A stretch of 64,000 bases of DNA, taken from contig NC_043012.1 in NCBI RefSeq assembly GCF_006345805.1, positions 17,236,001-17,300,000 on the forward strand. Reading direction: 5' to 3'. This stretch comes from Octopus sinensis. Its lineage: Eukaryota. The notes beneath the pieces were generated by a model. The model was not told the origin of the DNA. It did not search any database and saw nothing but the letters and a program-made list of their open reading frames with translations. The position numbers and the translations under genes are program-made. This document shows positions 1 to 12,431 of this stretch, piece by piece (position 1 is the stretch's first letter; the number at the start of each line of letters is the position of its first letter).

Positions 1-372
1 TATGTGCATCTCTGATCACGGGCAGAAGTATTGGGGGAGCATCATAGCCGTGTGTTGAGAGAGATTCTTTGGGGTTTGAATAATTCACCTCTGGAAACAT
101 GGGTGTTTCGTTCAACATCCTTAAACAACCCTCATTCAGGGACCTTTTGAGTGGGATGGGTTACTCGAAAGAAAATAATTCTAACTGCCCCCCCCCCCCC
201 CGGCAAGGTCATGTGCTGTTTATCTTGATATGAGATCACTATGTCGCGCACACATGGTTGTAATGCATGTACCTGATGTACCCTTATCAGACGGGTAGTC
301 ATGATGTGTATACTGGGCTTCGTATATTTTACCTCAGTGTCACTATGATGGCATGCACTGCTCTCTCACTCA
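1..372 (+). repeat. Interspersed repeat, probable non-LTR retrotransposon 3' UTR ending in an (AAT)n tail
   Basis: Ends directly in (AAT)n at 373. Its terminal ~50 bp (actgggcttcgtatattttacc-cagtgtcactatgatggcatgcactg, 313-361) recur at 1335-1383. Confidence 0.5.
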
Positions 373-375
373 ATG

Positions 376-432
<57 letters not shown>
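373..432. repeat. (AAT)n microsatellite
   Basis: About 20 AAT units, read directly. Confidence 0.97.
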
Positions 433-435
<3 letters not shown>

Positions 436-446
436 GCAACAAGAAC

Positions 447-632
447 AACATCGAAAAATACCTTAGGAATGAGAACCCAAGTTCGAAATTTTCCCAAGAC
501 ACCTGATGAAGGTTGGAGGGTATATCAGCCGAAACGTTGTATTAACAACAAACAAGATGAGGACAAATATCCGTCAAATGTAAATAATGTAACTAATGTA
601 CATAATTCCTCATCTCTTAAATATAGAACTGT
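447..632 (+). mobile_element. 3' part of a SINE-like element with Penelope-like, hammerhead-containing tail
   Basis: Closely similar to 59667-59800 (atcgaaaaataccttaggaatgagaaccca...ctgatgaagg...cagccgaaa...aacaacaaacaagatgaggacaaatatccgtc). The tail end also occurs inverted at 29113-29160. Confidence 0.75.
498..543 (+). ncRNA. Putative minimal type I hammerhead ribozyme (Penelope-like, loopless stem III)
   Basis: GACAC-CTGATGA-A-GGTTG(gagggtatat)CAGCC-GAAAC-GT-T-GTATT: conserved core CUGAUGA and GAAA, 5-bp stem II, ACGU palindrome as stem III, stem I GACAC/GT(A)TT with one mismatch. Confidence 0.6.
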
Positions 633-1699
633 ACACTTTAAGTTAATTCAAATCTGTTCCTGATATATTTTAAACTTCTAAATACAATTTCACTGTAGTT
701 AATGGCGAAGAAAAAAATTCTCGCTTATGATAAAAGGAACAGTGTATGCATGCATGCATACATACATACATACATACATACATACATACATACACATACA
801 TACATACATACATACATGCACACGCGTATACACATATGCAAGTATGTAACGGACTATCCCGTCGGAGACAACGCATGAGTGTTCAGCGAGAAGACAAACG
901 AAAGTCCAATCAAATAGACAATCAACAACACACAAATCATAATGTGGACAATGGTCATCTACGGGAAGACTTGTTCTGTTGGTTATTTTTCGTGTTTTTT
1001 CCGTAATTGCTTTGGTAGGGTGTACAGCTAGGGTGTATTTCCAGAAAAGCACTGAACCGGACTTGTTTCAGGTTATTTGCCCCTTATCAGTGTAGAGCAG
1101 CCGAACCAATATATATATAACAGCATGAGCAGGATTGGAACAACTCTGATCGTTTCTTTGCTCAATAAAAGGTTAAGTAGCATCAATAATTTCTTTGCTC
1201 AGTAACCTCAATAAGAGGTTAAGTAGCATCAATAATGTAAAATGCTGCAAGTCTAATATTGGCTTGCCAAGATAAGTTCATCATTTCCTGTCTTATAATT
1301 ACAGAATGAATAGGCTTCTTCAGACTGGATTGAAACTGGGCTTCGTATATTTTACCCCAGTGTCACTATGATGGCATGCACTGGTGCTGCTAAACAATAA
1401 CAACAGCAGACACAATAACACTAGCACAAGTAACCTAGGAAGGTTGAAAGAAAAGCAAACCGTTGCAGCAAGGTTTGAACACCTGAGTTAAATTGATGTA
1501 ACAAAAATGCAGTTTCAGTAAAAATGTAATTTATTTAGACAGATCCTTTGCCATGCTTTCTGCATCTCAATATTTTATGCTTTTCCTTCTACGATATTAA
1601 TAACATGTACATTTGGACAGCATGTATTATTTCAAATGTTCTCCTCATATAGCAAACGTTATGACACACAATTTATAAATACACACACACAGATATATA

Positions 1700-1731
1700 T
1701 CTATATATATATATATGCGTGTGTGTGTGTC

Positions 1732-1766
<35 letters not shown>

Positions 1767-1834
1767 TATATATATATATATATTATATATATATTATATA
1801 TATATATATACATATGTATATACACGCACACACG

Positions 1835-1875
<41 letters not shown>
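1700..1875. repeat. (TA)n/(TG)n compound microsatellite
   Basis: Read directly; source of spurious IY-rich ORFs. Confidence 0.95.
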
Positions 1876-1880
<5 letters not shown>

Positions 1881-3589
1881 AGTAGAAAAAGATCGATTAA
1901 CACCAATACAATATCAGCACCAACAAAGAGGGAAAAAATTAAAAAGAAAGTCCATAAGACTTTTGGAATACAATAGAGGAAGTTATGGGTCCGTTATTGT
2001 GTAAGAATAACGGTCTATTTCAACAAACAATTCTGCCGATGAATATTTTAGAATGTAAAATAATACCAAAATATAAAGTGAAAGAACTAAAAAATAAATA
2101 AAAAGTTTAAAGTCAATATATAAAAAATATTGCTCGCTATGTCTTACTTTTTCTTTCTCCATATATTAATGTCTCTCTGTCTCTCTCTCTGTCTCTCTGT
2201 CTCTCTCCCCTCTCTCTCTATCTATTTATGGCTCTCTCTCTCTCTCTGACTCATTCGACAATCAGTCTTTGTTATTCATTTTCTCACTCTGTCGGCGGTG
2301 TTACTTCATGCGTTTATTAACGCAAACAGACAAAGAGAGAGAGAGTGAGAGTGAGAGAGAGAGAGAGAGAGACGGAGAGAGAACGAGAGAGAAATAGAGA
2401 GGGAAAGAGAGAGAAAGTGACAACGAGAGAACGAAAGGAGTAAGAATAAGTTTACTCGCGAATACTCTCTCTAATTCTCTTTCATTTCCCACATTTGAAA
2501 TTTTCCATCTCTTTTTCCCTACTTTCTTTCGTTCGTTCGTTCCTTCTTTCTTTCATTCTTTCTTTTTATTCACCCACATACATTCTCACTCCCATCTCCC
2601 TTTGTATTTTTACGTTGATCCCTCATGCATTCAATCATTCAAAAAAGGCCCCAAAAAATGAAAAGTACAGAAAAAGAAATAAATTTAATAAAAAAGGATC
2701 TCTCTTTATTTCTTTCTCTATCTCTCCCTATATTTTTATATCTCATTCTCTTTCTCTCTTCGTTTTCTCTCTTTCTCACTCGTTCTCTTTTAGTTGATCC
2801 TTCATGCATTCATTCACACAAAAAGGCAACAGGAGAGAAACAAAAAGAAAAAAAAACATATCAGTAATACATTCTCCTAACCTCTCCCCCTCTATCTTAC
2901 GCTCCCCATGCTCTTAATTCTTCATCTCTTTTTCTCTCCTACATTTTTACATCTCCCTCTCTTCGCTGATCTCGCAATGCATTGAGTCACACCAAATATG
3001 TTTACACTCTTACCATGATACCAAATCGAATAAACACAGCAGCTTTCTATTTGGTTTCCCTTTTAATATCGTTTTCTTAACATATACTCTAGTATACATT
3101 CTATGGAATTTCTCTCTCTTCACACATTTTCCCATTTGCAACCACACACACGGATAAACACACACATGCACACACAAAATCTCATATTACACATTGCACA
3201 TACATCACACATACTACGTCAGCACACATACACACAAACACACGCATACATAACAATTCACACACACATACACACACGCAAATATATATATAAGTGTGTG
3301 TGTGTGTGTGTGTGTGTGTCTCCACACATACATACACTTATGTATGTGTACAAATATACATGTTACGCTATATATATTTATAAATACATCCATATACGTA
3401 AGTAGACATATATTTACATGCACTTGTATATATATGTGTGTGTGTGTGTATAGACGTATATAAATTAGCACAAAAACGAATACATGCTGATATACTTATA
3501 CATTAATATACGAATGTATATACATGTGTGCGCGTGTACGGTTTGAAAAGCAAACTAAATAAAAGGAATTGATCCGAAGTTCCATACAC

Positions 3590-3723
3590 GTGGAATAATA
3601 ATAATAATACTAATGATAATAATAATAATAATAACAAATAACAATAATAGTAATAATAATAATAATGATAATAATAATAATAACAAATAATAATGATAAT
3701 AATAATAATAACAAATGATAATA

Positions 3724-3770
<47 letters not shown>

Positions 3771-3815
3771 ACAACAATAACTATTATAATAGCAACAACA
3801 ACGATTATAATAGTA
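3590..3815. repeat. Imperfect (AAT)n/(AAC)n microsatellite
   Basis: Read directly. Confidence 0.95.
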
Positions 3816-4764
3816 GGAACGTTACAATATTTCAAGTCAAATTCCCTGAACAAACAGAAAGAGCGAAGTCAAAGATTACATTCAGACTGGAAATATTCCT
3901 TGAGGGCTTTCTCTCTTCATTTCCAACCCAATATCATAGAAATTGAACTGTGACAATATGAGGATCTAGTAGATAAATATTCTTTCACCACTTTTCTTAT
4001 TTCTTTCTTGCATTGTAATACGTTTTCTTTTTTTGCAAAGAGAATATTTCTTTAAGACAAATATATTTGACACGGGAGTAGAATGTATTGTAAAAATGAT
4101 ATTTCATTAGTGCTGGAATTCTTTTTATTAAAATGAAAAAAAAGAATAGACTTTTGTTAAAATTTCGCTGTATGCAAAGAACAGCAGAGTGAGAGACAGA
4201 GAGAGAGAGAGAGTGTGAGAGAAAGAAAGAAAGAAAGAAAGTGAAGGGGAAATAGAGAGATGGTAAGAAATATAGTAAACGTTGAGCTTTAGTTTCAAAT
4301 TATATGAACTTTGTGTGACGAGCGACGCAGAGTCAAAGTAACCTTGAGCTAATGATAGGGTCTTTACGTTTTCGCTCGATTCATGTTAAATTTAGCCGGT
4401 GAATTTTCGTCACTGTTCACTCCTTACTTTTTAAAAATAGAAAGCCTGAACTAGGTTATTATAGTTCAGCAAACGCTGTCTGTGAAAAAGCAAATGACCA
4501 TCCTTAATGGAACTCGTTTGATCATATTGTTGTCGATAAGGGCTGCCCTTTTAGTTTTCATGACTTACAGAAATAACCATGGGTATCATACACGATATTT
4601 TACAAAGCTTTTCGAGGGTAGACAGCAAAAAAAGATATCACACAAAATATCACGCGTCTAAAACCGATATTGTTTTAATTTTCCGACAGGTATGGCTGTG
4701 CTGTTAAGAATTTTCCTTCCCTCACACATGCTTTTGGCTCCCGTCCTACAGAATAGCCTGTGGG

Positions 4765-4924
4765 GGGTTGGGTTGTTAGTCGAACAAATCGACCGCAGGA
4801 CTTATTTTTTAAAGCCGAGTGCTTACTCTGTCAGCGCTTTTGATGAACCGTTAAGTTACGGGGACGTAAACACACCAACACTGGTTGTCAAGCGGTGATG
4901 GGGGAACAAACGCAAACACTATGT

Positions 4925-4966
<42 letters not shown>

Positions 4967-5131
4967 TTCGACGGGCTTCCTTCAGTTTCCGTCTACCAAA
5001 TCCACTCACAAAACTTTGGTCGGCACAATGCTACAGTAGAAGAAAATTGCCCAAGCTGTCATGCCACGTTGTGGGACTGAGCATGGAAACATGTGGTTGG
5101 GAAGCAAGCTTCTTACCACACAGCCACACCT
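4765..5131 (-). mobile_element. tRNA-derived SINE, family A (CORE-like central box, internal CA/TA microsatellite)
   Basis: Reverse complement aligns with the copies at 34268-34678 and 53728-54160 (tttccgtctaccaaatccactcacaa; gggactga; cttaccacacagccac). Confidence 0.85.
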
Positions 5132-5135
5132 GTGC

Positions 5136-5140
5136 CTATC

Positions 5141-5232
<92 letters not shown>

Positions 5233-5243
5233 ATCTATCTATA
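5136..5243. repeat. (CTAT)n microsatellite
   Basis: Read directly. Confidence 0.97.
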
Positions 5244-5248
5244 AGTAT

Positions 5249-5390
5249 AGGCGTAGCGGTGTGGTAAGCTCCGGGTTCAGCTCCACTGCATGGCACCTTG
5301 AAGTAGTGTATTCTGCTATAGCCTCGGGATGTCCAAAGTCTTCTGAGTAGATTTGCTAGATGGAAACTGAAAGAATCCTGCCATGTATAT
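5249..5390 (+). mobile_element. Family A SINE, 5' half, ending at the internal (TA)n
   Basis: ggcgtagcggtgtggtaag...gggttcagctccactgcatggcaccttg...gatggaaactgaaagaa matches the family A head. Confidence 0.75.
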
Positions 5391-5514
5391 ATATATATAT
5401 ATATATACTAGCAAATATTTATCATAATGGTGCACTGCTGTGGACGGTTCAAGTTGAACTAGCAGAGATACCCGGCCTTGCTCGGGATTAAAATGGCATA
5501 GATGTTTATTGCTT

Positions 5515-5798
5515 TATTTGTTTCAGTCATGTGACTGCGGCCATGCTGTAGCACAGCCGTTGGTCGAAGAAATCAACCACAGAATTTATTCTTTGTAAGC
5601 CTGGTACTCATTCTGTCAGTGTCTTTTACCAAACTGCTAAGTTATGGGAATGTAAACAAAGCAACATTAGTTGCCAAGCAATGGTGGGGTGGTGGGATAC
5701 AAACACAAGACACAGGCACACACATACACAAATATACGATAGTTTTCTTTCAGTTTCCGAGTACGAAATCCACTCAGAAGATATTAGTCGGCCTGAGG

Positions 5799-5800
<2 letters not shown>
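5515..5800 (-). mobile_element. Family A SINE, 3' part
   Basis: tgtttcagtcatgtgactgcggccatgctgtagcac is the reverse complement of the family A tail; body aligns with 53750-54070. Confidence 0.8.
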
Positions 5801-5843
<43 letters not shown>

Positions 5844-5893
5844 AAATATTGAATTTCTAAACCTCTCGTAGAGACATGTACGGTGGTGGGGTG

Positions 5894-6244
5894 ATAGAAT
5901 GGTTGTATACTGTCAATCTAACAAGAACGTGACAGTAGGGGGTACACCACCGTTGTATAGCCCTAGGAGGCATCGAACGCCTCCTGACAGCTTCGACACA
6001 TTTTTTCCCTGTGTCCTTATATACATATACGAAGGGGAGACAAACACCCCCGGCCGTCGGAACTGCACCTAAATGCAGTTCCGACGGCCGGGGGTGGGTG
6101 TTGTCTCCCCTTCGTATAGGTATATAAGGACACAGGGAAAAAAAATGTGTCGAAGCTGTCAGGAGGCGTTCGATGCCTCCTAGGGCTATACAACGGTGGT
6201 GTACCCCCTACTGTCACGTTCTTGTTAGATTGATAGTATACAAC

Positions 6245-6252
<8 letters not shown>
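5894..6252. mobile_element. 359-bp fold-back (palindromic) element, MITE-like, unclassified
   Basis: Arms of ~175 bp are near-perfect reverse complements (atagaatggttgtatactgtcaa...ttgatagtatacaaccattctat) around a 6-nt loop at 6068-6073. Confidence 0.9.
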
Positions 6253-6316
<64 letters not shown>

Positions 6317-6899
6317 GAAATATACAATATATATATATATATATTATATATGTGTGTGTGGGGTGTGTGTGTGTGTGTGTGGTATGTATAATTGCCATTT
6401 TCGTTATCAGTTATGATATGGTATTACGGAACATAAATAAAGAGCAAAATTTTGAACACAAATTTGGCAGCTAGTATTAAATGGAAATCCATGAAATGAG
6501 ATCGCAATTGCAGTAGGTATTAGGGATCCTATATCTTACCTGAAGCGTTTTGTAGCATGCAGTTATATCTACTAGTAATGCCTGACACAACTGCATTGAA
6601 GCTTTTTTTTCAATGAAAGTCATGCATGATAAAGAAAAGCAAACATCTATAGCAAACACAGAAATAAAATAATGGCATGTACAAAAATAAATGTCAGAGC
6701 ACGCTTATGAGCAAACAGCGTGCGTGAATTAAGAAGGGTCATTGAAGGTAATGTACTTTTAAATGCATTCAGAGAATGGAAGCAAAATATCAATGAAATG
6801 CTTGCAGGAAGTCTAATTGCTAAGGGCTACAGTTTAGTGTAGATGTGAAGATTGCAGTAGAGGAATAATTACTGTAGGGCTGCTTTGTAGACGGCATTT

Positions 6900-9280
6900 T
6901 TGACTTTTCCTTCAGAAGCACAGATGAAAAGTTATCTGGATGGCTAACTCTGGAAGACCCGACGTAGAACTGTCCATGTCTAAAACAACGACGTTCAAAG
7001 GTCCAATTCGACAACTTTCTGCGATTAACCTTGTGCTTTGTTAATTGCCACGGCGAAGCTGAGTTTGAGAGGGAACTGAACTCTCTGCATAGGGTAGGAG
7101 CAATCTGTTGGGGTTAGAGGAATTTTCGGAATGAAAACGATATCGTTTTTGCTGTGTCCTGTGATAATTTGGGCTTCAATGACAATGGTCCATCATTTGT
7201 TTGACCACAAGGCGAGTTCCATTGCATAGTGTGGGTGCGTTTAGATTGCGTAGGAGGATATCAGGGCAACCGGCTTTTAAGTGAAGTTCATGGGGAAGGA
7301 GTCCTGGAGGATGTTGAGAGTTGAGAAATTCTGTCGGAAAGTGTGTATCCAGATCGATGTGGGTAACGGTGTCAACTGATCCGTAACAACGTTCTTGAGA
7401 AGGTAGCTAAGTCATAGTTAAGAGTGTTGACAGCTGCATTTGTAGGGGCAAGAGCAGCCCTGTCGCGAAATCAATCTGCTTTTATGTATTCCGTTGTAAG
7501 ATTTGGGTAAACAGCAGAACATAAGTCATCAGGGATGGAGACATTGTGGCCAATGGTGGTAGTATCAATGTATCCGTTATCGTCGGACGTAATTTGTCCA
7601 TTGGCGATTTTAAGGAGCATTTCCGAAAACTGGGTGGCAGGCTGACCAGTCTGTAGGAGTGATCTCATGTTGATGGTGAATTGTTTCGATTGGACATGCG
7701 ACCAAAGGAGGTTTTTTTTTAAGGCAGGCATTAAGTTTATTATCGGGTGTTCCTTTGGGTATAATAGGCAGAGTTTATCAAAAATCTCCTGCAAGAAGTA
7801 GAGTCGCACCTCCAAGGTCGATCTAAGGTCTCTCATTGTGGTATCAAGTGCTTGTAGGGAACATTTATGGGACATAGTTACTTCATGACAAACAATACAT
7901 TTGCACTTTTTCAAAATTCTCGCTTCGTCCGAGGAATGCATTATGTGGCACGTCGGGTTTTCTTGATGTGCCACATTGAAAGGCAATTTGAAGATAGAGT
8001 GTGCTGTTCGTCCGCCGTCGAGAATAGTCAAGGCTATTACTGGAGAGGCAACAGCAATAGATAGCAAGGTCACCATTATGCCGCAATTTTGCAAGAAGAA
8101 GATTAAGGAGGAATGTTTTCCAGTTTCACCGGATGCGTCTAAGAAGATGATTCCGCCAGTGTGTGTGCAGATGTTTCCGAGGATAAAATTGTATACATCA
8201 GATTGATCAGAATTCAGAAGGGGCACGTTGTCAGCCTTGTATTGTTTGAGTTTGTGGATGTTGTAGAATGTTTCTCTGAGAACGACGCTATTGGTTCAGG
8301 AGTCTTCATTTTTGTCGGGAGTGTTGAGAGAATAAGCGTCCATTCGTTGACCTCTAATTGCATTAACTAAGTCTTCCAAGAAAAGAAACCCTCTGTTGTA
8401 AATGGTAGGAGTAGTCGGAGTGTCAACGTTACCTGTGATTTGGCGAGTCTGCAACAAAATGTCATGGCACATTGAGTATTTGTATTTATTCCAAAGTGAA
8501 TGTGCGTCTGTCAGGTTGCGAAAAACCAGCATTATTGCAAAATAGTATCGGAGCTTGTGCAGAGAACGACACAGAGCGGCATCTTCTAGTGCATTATCAT
8601 ATTAATCATCTGTATCCAAGAGTCCCTGTTTGGTACAGGCATTTTTGAAAGTGCCACATAGGTGGCCGTACAATGTGTGAAGATTGTCCAAGTAGGTTGG
8701 TCCCTGAACAACATGAAGTAAGAGCTGCAGATAGAAGCATTCGGAGTTCAAGAATGAACTTTGTAGATGCGTCCAATTGTGTCGCCTTTGTACACAGCTG
8801 GATCCAACTGCGTAGGATGGCCTTGTTTTCGTCGTTGCCACTGAGAAGATGATTGATCCTATGTATAATAATGTGACACTTCAGCGTACAAAATAGACGT
8901 TGTGAAGGGGTCAAATTTGCATAGGTGAAAGAAGGGCGTGAGAGTGGTCTTTGGCGGGGCAGCTGTTGTCTTCTGTGAAGTTAATTCGCTGCCTGTTTTC
9001 CAGATGAACGCTGAGATGAAACATAGGAGGTTATCGCTCGTGAACGGGAAATCCTAAGCTTTTTCATATGGCTTCAATGGTGGATATGTAGCGTCCAGTT
9101 TCAAAAAGAGTCGTTTCATCATGTAGATTTTATTTGAAAAACGGCTCTGTCCAATCCTTTAGTAATGTACTTGCATATGTAACGTACGCATTTGACAGAT
9201 TTATAGAATTCTACGTTGATGTGTGCATGAAATGCTTTGCAGAGCTTCTTCTTCTGGGGTACGACCCACCGATTGTCAAC
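6900..9280 (-). mobile_element. Decayed Helitron Rep/Helicase, C-terminal half with frameshifts and stops
   Basis: Minus-strand translation gives Rep motif AHINVEFYKSVKCVRYICKYITKG (~9150-9240); PIF1 Walker A region IIFLDASGETGK, GRTAHSIFKLP, HEVTM; LAPTN; FPTEFLN...LPHELHLK...LLRNLN..TLCNGTRL; AINKAQG; FRHGQFYVGSSRV (~6950-6990). Confidence 0.92.
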
Positions 9281-9486
9281 CAAAAAAAGTGAAGGGGGGG
9301 ATACAAATGTAAGGGAACAATCAATTTCTGAACATTACTTCGCAAGAGTTACCTCCCTTGTCCACAATAGTCACCGTACATCAGAAATTGAGGTTTTTCT
9401 TACCCTTTCTTTATAAGTCCCATTACTCAGTATTACTCCATATGTGGAAAACCTAAAGTGTGTAGAACCATCTGTGGAACATTGTC

Positions 9487-9835
9487 TGCACAGTCTGTGA
9501 CAGATCATGCTTTTCTTTTGCTGGGCTCAAATCTCATTTGCGAACTCATGAAAAACTAACTTCCACCAATTAATCTGCCTATATGTCTGTGCACACTTTT
9601 CAATGCAATGTATGCCAGAAGGTCTGCAAATCTAACGTAGGTCTCAAAAGACATTTTAAGATCCACAAAGATCAGAACTTAACTGCAGCGCTTGGTGGTC
9701 CAAATCAGATTTGCAATCTATGTGGGTGTCTTTTCAAAACATTTTCTGGTTTAAAAAGCCACATCAGATGTCATGATGGTTCTAAGATTCTACAAGCGGT
9801 GGTCAAACTATGCATAAAGCGTAGACAACTACCAT
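9487..9835 (+). pseudogene. Three tandem C2H2 zinc fingers with one in-frame stop; probable 3' end of an RTE-type LINE ORF
   Basis: Same frame: CTVCDRSCFSFAGLKSHLRTH (9487-9549), TAA at 9571, CNVCQKVCKSNVGLKRHFKIH, CNLCGCLFKTFSGLKSHIRCH, then a short tail running into (TACA)n. Confidence 0.7.
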
Positions 9836-10310
<475 letters not shown>

Positions 10311-10692
10311 GCATTCGCGGATAGTTGATGGGTTGGTTGTGGAGCTGATGAAAGACAAGTAACTATGGAATTATGCATAGGCAGACATTACCTATTTTCT
10401 CTGTTTTCGATCGCATTGTTTACACACGTATTGGTATACGAAACATCACAACTTTCAGAGCTGGCTATAAATTCCATAGAAAACCTATAGGGATAAAAAA
10501 AATAAGAACCTTGTACTGTTAACACAAAAGTAAGGAACAATATTGACTTGTAAATCTTTAATACACTTGGTATGATCATATAACTGCAAAACGAAACGGT
10601 GTCTCCATGCTAGCGTTTAATATGCACGTATCTGTTGTCAGGAATGTGTTTAATAAGTAAACTGGACTATACAACTCTCTGGACAACTAATA

Positions 10693-10850
10693 TTCTTGTG
10701 TTTACGCCCCCACAACTTAGAGGTTCTGTAATAGAGACTGATAGAATAAGTACTAGGCTTAAAAGATTTGTACTGGGGACGTTATCTGGGAACGGAATCT
10801 GCAAGGCGGTGCCTCAGCATGGCCGCAGTCCAATGACTGAAACAAGGAAA
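10693..10850 (+). mobile_element. Family A SINE, 3' half
   Basis: gatagaataagtactaggctt...aaggcggtgcctcagcatggccgcagtccaatgactgaaacaag matches 34545-34645. Confidence 0.85.
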
Positions 10851-11360
10851 AGACAAAAAACAAAACAAAAAAAAGAAGTAATATATAAAGAAAAGAAAGC
10901 TACAAAAGGTAAAAAAAAGTTTATTTTATATCTTTTGAAGGTTTGAGAAAAGCAGCAGCTTCCAGTTTTAGTTTGGAGGAAATAAACATAATTTTTGAGT
11001 GAATAGTGTATTTCAACTTTTGCTGTGCTGGGCAAACGGTCAAACCTCTACACAGTCTACCTCACACCGCAACCCTTCAGTCTTGACTTAATTCAATAAC
11101 GCCTATTGAGATGAATTGTTGTTGGTTTACATATTGCTCTTGCATGGCAATAAAAAATGGCGACTAACTCGAAAGCATTGATGATCTCTAAGGAATTTTA
11201 AAGTTAGAAGAATATGTTATTGCATGCAACCAGTTATAATATCTAGCAACTGTTACAAAATTGCCATTTAAATAACACACACACACACACTCTCTCTGTC
11301 TCTCTCTCACACGCATATACAGCACATACGCTCATAAAGTATATATAATATTTTAAGATC

Positions 11361-11647
11361 AAAGTGTATTAGAACATATAAGATAAATTTATTTTAGTTA
11401 GCTAAAAGCTGTGTACCTATGGTGAATATAAATATATCTTGTTATTCTCCTAACGCCTGGAAAAATATGGAGATTATCCTGAAATGCTTCATAGATGGCT
11501 GGTTGTTAGACAGAGGGTAAACACACTTCATCCTTCTGCTTTCGAAGAGGAACTGATAGCAATCGCTATTTAAATCAGATATAAACTAGAAGCTGGCTAC
11601 AATGAAGCTATATAAAAATGCCAAGCTAATTTGAATTGCCATGTATT
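11361..11647 (+). repeat. ~287-bp direct repeat, copy 1
   Basis: Repeated at 12835-13121 (offset 1474) with a few substitutions. Confidence 0.92.
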
Positions 11648-11990
11648 ACTCAGCGGTATGATTAAAGATTTAATGAATATATTATGTACTCACATTTGAA
11701 AACATAATTAGATAAATTACCTGATAATTATTTAATTAGAAAATTAGAATATATAAAACAAATCTAATGTGGTTAGATTACACTTAACCTTCTGTTTATA
11801 GCACCTACACTGCGCAAGTTAAACAAGTATAAATGCATCACGTTATTCTACTCAAAACACATATGCAAATATATGTATGTATGTATGTATGTATATACGT
11901 ATGTATGTATGTATGTATGTATGTATGTATGTATGTATGTATGTATGTATGTATGTATGTATGTATGTATGTGTATATATATGTATATAT

Positions 11991-12026
<36 letters not shown>

Positions 12027-12115
12027 AATGTATGTACATATACATACGTAAATACATACATAATTACATAATACATACATACATACACATATATATAAAC
12101 CCACACAAACACACA

Positions 12116-12151
<36 letters not shown>

Positions 12152-12393
12152 TACTTGAACAATATTTAATTTCTGACATTAAACATATCTTTTAACCTAA
12201 GTAGCCTAGAAAATGTCTGGTAAAAATATTTCCTTGTGTCCGATAAAAACATTTCCTTAGGTGATATATAATGAGAAACGAAACGGCGGGACACAATGAC
12301 AAAAGTAGTGCCTTAAATACAAAAATCAGTTTAGTCCTTGAACACAAATCTGCCTTTTGCAAACCTGAGTAACAACAGGGACAACCACAGTAA

Positions 12394-12431
<38 letters not shown>

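Noticed and set aside
1055-1100. Second hammerhead-like motif on minus (CTGATAA-GGGG-loop-CCT-GAAAC-AA-GTC)
   Set aside because: Core G8 is mutated and no stem I pairing was found; at most a decayed relic.
7471-8226. 251-aa ORF as a host PIF1 gene
   Set aside because: Frameshifted, intronless and linked to Helitron Rep motifs, so it is a transposon remnant.
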